From a virus: a DNA stretch of 36,405 nucleotides. The DNA lies in the UHGV virus genome UHGV-0210252; one strand, 5' to 3'. Positions 1 to 8,900 of the stretch are shown here, in pieces. The translations under genes were made by a program, and so were the position numbers. The first letter of the stretch is position 1, and each line of letters begins with the position of its first letter. Under the pieces are notes generated by a model, which was not told the DNA's origin, did no database searches, and saw only the letters and a program-made list of their open reading frames with translations.

Positions 1-83
1 CTGAAAGAGGGCCTATGGGGAGACTTGAGGTTCTTGAACTGTGAGATGTGGTCTCAAACTTTTGGTCCAAAACTCATCGTCAC

Positions 84-160
84 TACTGTAGGCCACAGCC
101 ACTGTAGGTCAAGGACCGTAGGTCAGGCGACACTAGGATAGACCAATAAGTAGGATGACC
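84..160. repeat. Array of about five degenerate direct repeats (CTGTAGGYCA-like, ~15-16 bp period) beyond gene 19.5, near the genome right end
   Basis: Seen directly: ctgtaggcca (86-95), ctgtaggtca (102-111), ccgtaggtca (116-125), actaggata (132-140), agtaggatga (149-158). T7 carries short repeat arrays next to its terminal repeat. Confidence 0.5.
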
Positions 161-283
161 CTAAGTGAGCTTCTCTTAAGGTGTTACCTAAAGTCCTTGA
201 CTACAGTAGCTAAGGTCAGTAGAGTAGCGTCAGCTATGAACTGACCTTAGGTCTTACGTTCGTGGATTGTTACCATTACGGCG

Positions 284-442
284 TTAATGACACTCAGACA
301 CCAGAGAACATACGAGAGTCTCGACCCACCCGACCCACTGACTTCCAGCAGTAACGCCAGCAGCAAGTAGAACAGCAGCAAGAAACCTGTATGTAGCTCG
401 ATTGGTCGCCAGAGCTTTAAGTACAGCTTTGGTCTTTGCCAT
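284..442 (-). CDS. gp19.5-like small protein (52 aa), hand-translated
   Basis: ATG at 442 with AGGAGG upstream, TAA at 284-286; product MAKTKAVLKALATNRATYRFLAAVLLAAGVTAGSQWVGWVETLVCSLVSECH; position after the phiOR-like promoter and TYRFL...VCS pattern resemble T7 gp19.5. Confidence 0.5.
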   Translation of the reverse strand: MAKTKAVLKALATNRATYRFLAAVLLAAGVTAGSQWVGWVETLVCSLVSECH

Positions 443-620
443 ATGCTACATACCTCCTGTATCTATGGTCGGTGACTATCTGTATTGGAGGTATTATGAT
501 TAATATCACCTCCTTCCATCGGTGCAAGCCTTAGGTAAGAACTCGGAGTCTGCCTCCTAAGGTCTTGCATAAAGTCTGCATATGTATATTCACTACAGTA
601 ATACTATAAGTAACCGGGGG

Positions 621-643
621 TCTTCCCTATAGTGATAGTTAAG
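621..643 (-). promoter_or_regulatory. Phage RNAP promoter (phiOR-like), TSS about 626
   Basis: Plus strand cctatagtgatagtt at 626-640 = minus strand AACTATCACTATAGG; downstream of gene 19 as in T7. Confidence 0.75.
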
Positions 644-738
644 TCCAAACTCCTTGTAAAACAGTAGGTTAGACTGGTAGTAACTATAGGTTACTGACCG
701 CGTATTCATGCAGCTTTCACCCATAGTTATTCATTCAG

Positions 739-2502
739 CTAGTGAAACGTAACGTAGGACCCTAGCCCCAGCTCGTCGTCCGTATCGTGAGTCACCCGGA
801 CCCCATTGTCCCAGAACTCAGTGTGGATGGACTCGAAGCCTTTCCGTGGGTTCTCCATCTGTTCCTCCAGCCACTCCTCAGTGACTTCACGTTCGCCTTT
901 GTTGGCATCCTTAGCCATAGACTCAACGAAGAACTGTACACCGATAGCCAGAGCATCAAGTCGGTCATCGTGTGACAAGGCCCCACGTTCACGAGAGATA
1001 CGCGTCATCTGGTAGAAGAGAGAGTAGATAGGGTTACGAACGCCATCCTTATCAGAGGCTGTCTGGTAGTCTTGGACGATAGCAGCAGCGTTAACGATAA
1101 GTCGGTGAGACCCCATGATAGGCTCCAGAACGTCACAGATGCGGAGTTCTTTCTGAACCTTACTCTTTACTTCAGTTACAGCAGCAGGGTGAATACGGGC
1201 CGCTACGGGCTTGAATAGCTCAAGGTACATACCATCGCCGAAGTTGCCCTCAATGACGTATTCGTTGACCTTCCACTTACGACCAATCTTAGCCAGTGCT
1301 TCCAGCGTAGAGTCTTCATAACCTCCACGCATACCACCAACTTCCATAGCGAAGATGTAGCCGTTGAGCTGATACAGTACCGCATAACCAGTTTCATCCT
1401 TACCTCGACCACTAGGGTCAATGACCAGAATCTTCTGGGTGTACGAGCTGAAGGCAGAACCTACAGTCTGATACGTGTGGTATGAGTCACCCATGAGTCC
1501 AACGTTAGGAACGTCCTCACGCTTGTTCTGAGGGTTTGGCAACCATTGGTAGACCATTGGGCTGGACTCTGGGTCCAAGTCCGCTACGATAAGGTCACGG
1601 AGCTTCAGAGGGTACTTCTCGGCATCACTAAGGTTCGGGTTAAGCATGAACTGCAGAGCGAAGCCAGCTTTACCATAGGACAGTTCACGTTCCTTCAGGT
1701 CCGTATCATCGAATCGTACTTCATCGGTAGGACGCCAGTAGAAGGACTCAGGGTCCTCTTCCAGTTCTGCCTGAAGCATAGGAGCCAGACGGTCTCCGTA
1801 AGACTGCCAGTCCTTCCTGTCGCGTGGATAACGAGCTGGCCAGATAGTAGTGGTGTACCCACGGCCTTCCAGCTCACGATACAGGGTCATCTCGTTCTGA
1901 GGAGTACCCAGATAGATGATTGTACCTCCCGGCTTCAGGATAGCGTCGAACTCTTTAACAAGCTCTGACAGACGGTCTCGTGCAGCCTGAGTCGCTGAGT
2001 TGTTCGGAACCTCCACGTCATCGGCAATCAGGATGTCAGCACGACTACCAGTCAACTGACCAGTGATACCAACGGACTTAACCGAAGGTGAGTGGTCTGG
2101 CTTGGCTGGTCCAACGTCGAAGCTGATAACCGCATCTCGCTGACCCTGCTTAGGTTTGAGTTCCTGAAGCTGAGGCATGAGGTCGATGATTCGCTTGATG
2201 AAGATGGAGTTAGCATCGGCTCGCTCCTTTGAGGCCGACACAATCATGAACTTCAAGTCTGGGTTGTTCCATAGCTTCCAGACAACGAAGGCACACGTAA
2301 TGAAGGACTTACCTATACCACGGAACGCCTGTAAGATGAAGCGCCTGTTGTCCCCAGCCGATAGTTTCTTCGCCATGTCAATCTGACAGCGAGTCGGGAC
2401 TGGGAGTGACAGAGCTTTCCATAGGACGAACAGGAAGAACACGAAGTCTTCCTTCATGCGTGTGGTCATTAGCGCCTGACGAGCCACTAAGTCTTTACTC
2501 AA
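739..2502 (-). CDS. Terminase large subunit (T7 gp19, DNA maturase B)
   Basis: 587 aa; strong recalled similarity to T7 gp19 over whole length ([41 protein letters not shown]). Confidence 0.95.
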   Translation of the reverse strand: MSKDLVARQALMTTRMKEDFVFFLFVLWKALSLPVPTRCQIDMAKKLSAGDNRRFILQAFRGIGKSFITCAFVVWKLWNNPDLKFMIVSASKERADANSIFIKRIIDLMPQLQELKPKQGQRDAVISFDVGPAKPDHSPSVKSVGITGQLTGSRADILIADDVEVPNNSATQAARDRLSELVKEFDAILKPGGTIIYLGTPQNEMTLYRELEGRGYTTTIWPARYPRDRKDWQSYGDRLAPMLQAELEEDPESFYWRPTDEVRFDDTDLKERELSYGKAGFALQFMLNPNLSDAEKYPLKLRDLIVADLDPESSPMVYQWLPNPQNKREDVPNVGLMGDSYHTYQTVGSAFSSYTQKILVIDPSGRGKDETGYAVLYQLNGYIFAMEVGGMRGGYEDSTLEALAKIGRKWKVNEYVIEGNFGDGMYLELFKPVAARIHPAAVTEVKSKVQKELRICDVLEPIMGSHRLIVNAAAIVQDYQTASDKDGVRNPIYSLFYQMTRISRERGALSHDDRLDALAIGVQFFVESMAKDANKGEREVTEEWLEEQMENPRKGFESIHTEFWDNGVRVTHDTDDELGLGSYVTFH

Positions 2503-2504
2503 TG

Positions 2505-2948
2505 TTACACCTCCTTATCTTGCTGCAAGGCTCTCACAGTGTCCTGAAGCGCCTTAATCCACTTGTCTCCTTTCAGTCCGATGGAGATAAGACGTTTAGC
2601 ATCTCGTTCGTCAAGTTCGGCGTAACCATCAATGACGCATCGACCGTCACTTTGCGTGGTTCCACTCGTTGGTTTGACTCGGATGCGCAACCGCTTATTG
2701 TCAGACTGAAGGTCAGCAATAATCCTATCAGTGCTACCTTCCAGCGAGGACATTTCGTCCTGAAACCGTTTGGACACTTTGTTGACTTCAGCTTGGACAG
2801 CAAGCCTTGTATCCTCTGATGCCTTAAGATTCGAGGTGTATTCTGCATTGACCTTAGCCTCCCACTTATTGTTAGCGGTGTGGTAGCCACCAGCAAACAT
2901 CACTGCTGCAAGTAACCACGGAGCCGCTCTCTTTAAAAATTCGAGCAT
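2505..2948 (-). CDS. i-spanin (T7 gp18.5, Rz-like)
   Basis: 147 aa, N-terminal TM segment then coiled coil; position between small and large terminase genes as in T7. Confidence 0.85.
   Translation of the reverse strand: MLEFLKRAAPWLLAAVMFAGGYHTANNKWEAKVNAEYTSNLKASEDTRLAVQAEVNKVSKRFQDEMSSLEGSTDRIIADLQSDNKRLRIRVKPTSGTTQSDGRCVIDGYAELDERDAKRLISIGLKGDKWIKALQDTVRALQQDKEV
2573..2848 (-). CDS. o-spanin (T7 gp18.7, Rz1-like) embedded in +1 frame of the i-spanin gene
   Basis: ORF 2573..2896 contains signal-like segment [18 protein letters not shown] (lipobox-type Cys) and C-terminus ...[19 protein letters not shown] resembling T7 gp18.7; start chosen at internal Met (2848), start uncertain. Confidence 0.65.
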   Translation of the reverse strand: MQNTPRILRHQRIQGLLSKLKSTKCPNGFRTKCPRWKVALIGLLLTFSLTISGCASESNQRVEPRKVTVDASLMVTPNLTNEMLNVLSPSD

Positions 2949-3003
2949 AGCTGCCCTCCCGGTTTATCAGATTTCACGTAGAGTCTCCTCCACTAGTTAG
3001 TGT

Positions 3004-3049
3004 TAACCATAAAGGCCACTACATATAGTAATGACCTTGAGTCTAACAC
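3004..3049 (-). promoter_or_regulatory. RNase III-type processing hairpin (R18.5-like)
   Basis: Conserved element ATAAAGGCCAC...ATGACCTTGAGTCTA, one of three copies (also 26980-27024, 34215-34260); minus-strand RNA folds AAGGUCAUUAC/GUAGUGGCCUU; sits between genes 18 and 18.5 where T7 has R18.5. Confidence 0.55.
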
Positions 3050-3058
3050 TTAATAAAT

Positions 3059-3322
3059 TTACTGCACTCCATATCCAGTGTCATTATCTTCTGTAGCGGA
3101 GAGCACCTTATCGTACTCTGCGTTCAGGGCCTCCATATCAGCCAGCGTCTTCTCGTCCACAGACACCTTGCTTAACACAAAGTTGTGACGAGCCAGCAGC
3201 TTCTCAATGGCGTTGTAGAGCTGAGGTGAACGTTTAGAGTCATCCCGCAAGTCTTGCAGCATGAGTCGAGCACGTTCAGTATCTAGCATTAAGAGGAACT
3301 TCTCTAAGTCCATCTGCGTCAT
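3059..3322 (-). CDS. Terminase small subunit (T7 gp18, DNA maturase A)
   Basis: 87 aa; size and position match T7 gp18. Confidence 0.8.
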   Translation of the reverse strand: MTQMDLEKFLLMLDTERARLMLQDLRDDSKRSPQLYNAIEKLLARHNFVLSKVSVDEKTLADMEALNAEYDKVLSATEDNDTGYGVQ

Positions 3323-3513
3323 GTTTTACCACCTCCTTTAATCGTTTTGTAGACTAGCACACCAATCTGGACAACGGTGTACGCGATAGCTGCAACGTAG
3401 AACCATTCGTTCAGTGTAAGTCCGAAGAAGAACCGACTGGCACCATCAGCCGCAGCGGTTCCGACGATAGGAGAGGCTTTAAGGACCTCATTCTTGAAGT
3501 CTAACTCAATCAT
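3319..3513 (-). CDS. Class II holin (T7 gp17.5)
   Basis: 64 aa; MIELDFKNEVLKASPIVGT...FFFGLTLNEWFYVAAIAYTVVQIG closely resembles T7 gp17.5. Confidence 0.85.
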   Translation of the reverse strand: MIELDFKNEVLKASPIVGTAAADGASRFFFGLTLNEWFYVAAIAYTVVQIGVLVYKTIKGGGKT

Positions 3514-3646
3514 AAAACCTCCAGTTTCTCACGGTCCTGCCTGTCCCTTGTCTGGTTCTAAAACAGAGTCTTAAATCGTTCCTCCAGTCTGACTAGAAGC
3601 AGTTCAACCGATTCATTCATTCATAATATTACTAATATGTAAACTA

Positions 3647-3662
3647 ACCCCGCCTAAGCGGG
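3647..3662 (-). terminator. GC-rich stem-loop (CCCCGC-UUAG-GCGGGG) just 3' of gene 17; possible terminator or RNA-stability element
   Basis: Perfect 6-bp GC stem seen in sequence, followed on minus strand by UUAGUUUACAU (only weakly U-rich). Confidence 0.3.
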
Positions 3663-3687
3663 GTGTGGTGGGGGGTTATTGTTACTT

Positions 3688-5931
3688 TTAAGGTATTACA
3701 TTGCCCATATAATCCTGCCACTGTCCATATGCGTAATAGAACACCTTCTTACTATTAGGGTCAGACCAGTGAGTACCTGTAACAGGATTCTCAGGTCTAC
3801 CGCGTCCGTACAGAATTGCAGGTACTACAGCGTACTGCGCAGAACCATTGTCTGTAGCATCTGTAAGGGAGACGTAAGCAGCGGTGCCGTGAACATCAGG
3901 TCTGCGCTCTATGCCCCACATACCTAGTCTCGGACCCTTAGCATAAGTCATATCCTTCTGACCAGTTGCGCCTGCACGGGTAAAGCCCCCGAAGCAGTCA
4001 AACAGGAATGCAGGTGGGGTATAGTCTTTGAAGTTCTGAGCGATCTGCTGGCCTGTATCTCCAAAGCTACCGATATACGGACGTACGCCACCGTGAGTCT
4101 GCTTAACGCCGTCGAACTCTACGAAGCTGTCGCTAAGGTCAGAGCTTATACTTGGTTCAGAGAAGCTGAAGGTGAAGTCACTCCTAATGTCCACGAACCG
4201 CACCTGACTTTGGAAGGAAGTGTAGAAACTGCTGTTAAGGTTAGCTGGAACACCGCCGAGGTTTTCTAGTAGCACCTTACTGATATTCACAGAACTAGCT
4301 CCAAACTGGAAGTAGTGGTTGAATCCCGGAGAGGATGCTAAGTCAAATCCGTACACTGTACCTATATCTGCACGAGTACGTGTAAAACGTACAATCGGCC
4401 CTACTGTATCAGCCTTGGCAGATTCCCAGCCAAGTGAGCCTGCACTGCCGCTAAAGTCTACAAAGTCGTATGGGACACCATAGCACCGGTCGCAAGCAAG
4501 GCTACCAATACTGCTATATACGCAAGTAAGTTTATACGCTACACCAGTGCTTCCGTACACGAAGATATTATCTATGAAGTTAGTCGTACCCATAGTGCCC
4601 ATGATGAACCCGTTCCCGCATAAGCTGGAATGTAGGGCTGTGAATCGGGACAAGAAGACGGCGTCGTCGAACTTAATCATCGTACCAAAGCCTTCAATCC
4701 GCAGGTTATGCCACAGCATCTGGGAGCAACCGTTAGTAGCATGAATACCATAACCTACTGTACCAATAATGCTGCTTAAGTGCCCATCCTGAACAATATC
4801 AAAGTCTCTAAGGGATACGTTATAGGTATACTCCCCTGTGGCAGCTGGGCGTATACGTAGGCCATCTGAGCCGTTAGGGAAGGTAAGTAATGACTGTGAT
4901 CGCCCCTCGCCGTACATGTTCAAACCGCTCTTACTATAATGATTCTCTACAGTAATCGTTATAGGGTCCGAACAAAAGTAATTGCCTTCAGGAACTCCCA
5001 GTCTGCGTTTAGATGCTATGGCAGTAATAACAGCCTGCTGCACGGCAGCATAATCAATAGATTGATCAAGAGAAGTTACGAATGGATAGACAGCTTTCGC
5101 CTCTGCAAGTGTGGTGAATCTCTCACTTAATTTATGAAGAACGCCATCACCAATTGCGCCAAAGTCTTTTACACTAAGTACTTCAATAAGTTTATTATTA
5201 ACTGTTCTTCCTACCGAGCCGACAACTGGCTGTTTTGTTGCCACCAGCATATCGCCATTGCCATCACCTGAACTTGCCAGGGCTGCTCTCAATGATGCAT
5301 CACCAACACTAACCCATGCACCAATACCAACACCACCAGATGCTTCAGGTGTTGAGCCGGCAGGAACGTTCTTTGGAAGCATACCATCCCAGCGGTAATA
5401 CTCACCATCCTCTTCCCATAGCAGGACCTCGTTCCATGTTGTAATGTTGAAGCCTTTCTCGAAGGAGCGACGGGTAATATAGCCGATTAGACCAGATGCC
5501 TTGATATTATCAGCGATTCGTCGTGCTTCGTCCTCGCTATCCTTAGCGTTGCCAGCAGAGCTACCAGCAGCATCGGCATATTCCTTCGCTAAGTCAACAG
5601 TTTGGTCTCGACCTTCTTCTGCAATATGGATAGCCTGAAGCTCTGCATTGGTCAGGTCACTAGCTGTCAACACTGAGCCATTCCTGAAGTCTACCACTAA
5701 GTCAGTTCCAGTCTGACGGTGAATACGAACGACGTCGAAACCTGATTGGTCAACCAACATCTCAATCATCGTTGGATTAAGGAATCGGTAATCTCGACCG
5801 ACTTCCAGTACACGGTTCATGGTAGGGTTAGAGCTATTCACCAGCGTAACAACAACAAACGTTCTGGCTAGGTAGTCGAACTCAATCCTGTACTGAGTGT
5901 TTCCTGAAGGGAATTGTGTAATCGTGGACAT
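3688..5931 (-). CDS. Tail fibre / tailspike (T7 gp17 family) with divergent C-terminal beta-helix depolymerase-like domain
   Basis: 747 aa; first ~150 aa resemble T7 gp17 N-terminal attachment domain (FDYLARTFVVVTL...DYRF); remainder unlike T7 and contains VKDFGAIGDG motif typical of pectate-lyase-fold tailspikes. Confidence 0.9.
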   Translation of the reverse strand: MSTITQFPSGNTQYRIEFDYLARTFVVVTLVNSSNPTMNRVLEVGRDYRFLNPTMIEMLVDQSGFDVVRIHRQTGTDLVVDFRNGSVLTASDLTNAELQAIHIAEEGRDQTVDLAKEYADAAGSSAGNAKDSEDEARRIADNIKASGLIGYITRRSFEKGFNITTWNEVLLWEEDGEYYRWDGMLPKNVPAGSTPEASGGVGIGAWVSVGDASLRAALASSGDGNGDMLVATKQPVVGSVGRTVNNKLIEVLSVKDFGAIGDGVLHKLSERFTTLAEAKAVYPFVTSLDQSIDYAAVQQAVITAIASKRRLGVPEGNYFCSDPITITVENHYSKSGLNMYGEGRSQSLLTFPNGSDGLRIRPAATGEYTYNVSLRDFDIVQDGHLSSIIGTVGYGIHATNGCSQMLWHNLRIEGFGTMIKFDDAVFLSRFTALHSSLCGNGFIMGTMGTTNFIDNIFVYGSTGVAYKLTCVYSSIGSLACDRCYGVPYDFVDFSGSAGSLGWESAKADTVGPIVRFTRTRADIGTVYGFDLASSPGFNHYFQFGASSVNISKVLLENLGGVPANLNSSFYTSFQSQVRFVDIRSDFTFSFSEPSISSDLSDSFVEFDGVKQTHGGVRPYIGSFGDTGQQIAQNFKDYTPPAFLFDCFGGFTRAGATGQKDMTYAKGPRLGMWGIERRPDVHGTAAYVSLTDATDNGSAQYAVVPAILYGRGRPENPVTGTHWSDPNSKKVFYYAYGQWQDYMGNVIP

Positions 5932-5976
5932 TATGCCTCCTTTGTGATTTAAACGGAGACCTGTGGTAGCGCCTCC

Positions 5977-5999
5977 AGTTTCCTATAGTGATAGTTTAG
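5977..5999 (-). promoter_or_regulatory. Phage RNAP promoter (phi17-like), TSS about 5982
   Basis: cctatagtgatagtt at 5982-5996; followed on minus strand by leader with AAGGAGG and the gene 17 ATG. Confidence 0.8.
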
Positions 6000-8900
6000 T
6001 CCTTGATGTGGATGCCTTGCTCCTCAAACGTTCCAAGCAACAGCTTCTGGGTAATGGGGTCGTTCGGAACCAGTTCACGGAACGTATTATACATCCCGGT
6101 CATGTAGTCACGCTCGTTGACACGAGTATCAGCCTTGAGGTAGCCAGCCAAGTTGTAAGCCGAAGCGCCAACGTTAGCAGCATATCCGAAAGCTGGAACC
6201 TGCTCCAAGAAGTTACCAACAACATTCATCACAGGGTCACTTGTAGCTGCACCATACGCGATGGCACGTTCAGGCTTCTCTGTAGGCGAACGAGGTAGGA
6301 TAGACGAACGGAGCATCTTAGTGTCCTCGTACCCAGCGATACCCCCAAGAATGTTAGCTACCCCAAGTGGTCCACCAAGATGTGAACTACGCGATAGAGC
6401 CGCATATCCAATCATCGTCGGGTCCAGAGCTTGCTTGAGGTAATCACGGTCTCGGCCATCCTGCATAGCGTAAGCCTTGACGTGCGCCTGAGCCATGTAG
6501 TAGATACCGGCAAGTCCCATAGACATCACAGTTGACAGAGCAGCGTCCATCGCTCGGTTGTTCTTCGTGGCATTATAGAAGGTTCGCATGGTTCGCCCAT
6601 TGATGGACTTGATGACGAAGTTCTTAAACTGAAGGACAGTCTTAGCGAGAGGGCCATAAGCCTTGGCGTCCATGTTTGATAGCTTATGAGGTCGGAGTAA
6701 CGTTTCGTCAGCGATGGTGTCACCCATACGCCACAGGTCCATAGCCCTTGGGTCCTGACTGAACGCCTTCTTGTCCTTGATGGTATACTTCCCGTCTGGA
6801 CCACGAGTCACTGACTCACGGATTAGGGACTTAATACCCTTCCACTGCTCGTCAGAGATACCAGCGGTCTTCAGCCAGCGGTCATCGAACTTACGCTTAC
6901 TACCAGTCAGGCTATGCTCCACGATGTCAGACAGGAAGCCTTGACGTCCAGCATCTAACAGGTAGTTGGTCGTACCGTTGAGGACTTTAGTGAACGGAGA
7001 GCGTACTGCAAGTTCACCAGTGTAATACTTTGCAGATCCTAAAGCAGTAGCCGTAGGTTTACTCAAGGCGCTGTAAGCTCGTAGGCGGTCTATGACATCC
7101 TGTTTAGACGGACGGATTGAGTCATCCAGTTCCTTACCGAAGATAACATTGTGCAGGTCCTTAATCTCTGAGGCCCCTACCTTCTTGTTACGGAAGGCTA
7201 GGTCACGGAACATCGGGACTCCATGCAGCAGCGCACGAACGTTGCCACGAGCAAGCATACCACCAATCTCCGTTAAGTTCTGAACACCCATGTAGGCATT
7301 CTTAGCGAAGAACGATAGGTCTGTCATTGTGCGCATCACGGTAGCGAAGGCCGCATCATCAGCACCATCACGTCTAGCACGACCAGTTAGAATCTTCAAA
7401 GTGTCACGTAAGGTCGAGACCTCACCTTTCAACTTGCCGTCATCGCCAGCCTTGTTCATCATGGTCTCAACCAAGTCCTTCATGTCCTTCGTGGTCTTTC
7501 CTGTACCAGCCATGATAGCAATGTCACCATTAACTCGACGGTTGTATGCCGGGACAATCTTATCCATATCCCACTCACGTAGACTATTTACGCTGAACGG
7601 CTTACCATTTGGCAAGGTTATTTCCATGTCGTTATCGAACAGGTTGCGAGCCTCAAGGAAGTTATTGTTCTCCAGACCAACCAGACCGTTGATGTTTTCT
7701 TCCATTACGGATGAACGCTCAAACTGCTCTGTATGGGAGATACCATAAGCCTTATCATTAGCATACTTCTCTACCATATCCATAGTCACCTCTGGTGCTG
7801 CTTGAGATGCGTTACCAGATGTAGGTTCACCAGCAGTAGTGGTCTGACCATCTACAGCAGTCTTCTGCCCTTTGGCAGCTGCCACAGCCGATTCAGCTTC
7901 AGTTGTTGCTTTGGTGATTCTGTCTCGGACCTTAGCAGCCTGTCCTTTCATGTAGTCAAGACGCTCAGTGTTAATACGGACGTGAGACTTCTGAGTCTCA
8001 ATCATCTGCTTCCGGCTCTCAATCTTAACAGGAATGGTCTTGCTCTTAGGTTTAGCGGCTAGCTTTTCTTCCAACTCCTTCAGCTTAGCTTCATGGGAAG
8101 CCAGTCGGTCCTTTGAGTTCTGGAGTCTCTTTTCACGGTCTGCAACTCGCTTCTCAGCGTTGGTAAGGACATCTTTGAGTTCCGCTACCTTATCAATTGC
8201 CTGTGTAGCCGCATCGTCCAGTTTCATCTGGTCACGGGCTGCTTCTACAGAAGAACGATGATTTGATGCAGTACCTACAGTCTTACCTGCTGCTGGTTGA
8301 GATGCCCGTAACTGCTCTGCTAACATCTCGTCCACTCGCGCCTTGACTTCAGGTCTTGACGCATAGCTTGTCAACCATGACTTCTTGATTGCCTCCTGTA
8401 ACGCCTCTGGGCTTCCAAGCTCATTGATATAAATCTGCTTCATCTGAGAACTATAGACCACAGGAACGTAGGTTCCCTTGAATCTACTACCCGGGAAGAT
8501 AGACTGAGCATCTGTACGACCAAACATCGCTGGGTTCTCCATCATCTCGCGCTTTGCATCAAACTGGTTCTTCAGCAGGTCATAGACTTTCAGTTCCCCC
8601 GGAGTAAGTTCAGCCTTCAGGTTCCCGCTACCATCCTCAATAGCCAAAGCCTCGCGCTTATAAACATCCTCACGCAGAGCTGAGTTATCTCGCCAGAATG
8701 CTGTCTGGAAGTACGGGTCCTTGAGCGCCTCAGTAACAGCATCGTCGATGTCGTTGTAGAACCGATGGTCCACAGCACGAAGTCTCTCGAATACGTCTGA
8801 CGCAGTGGTCCCGATTTTACCTGAAGCCCCTGACTGCATACCAGTTGGTGAACGCACTAAGTCAGCAGCGACTCCACGAATCTCAGGGTTCTCAGACCGA

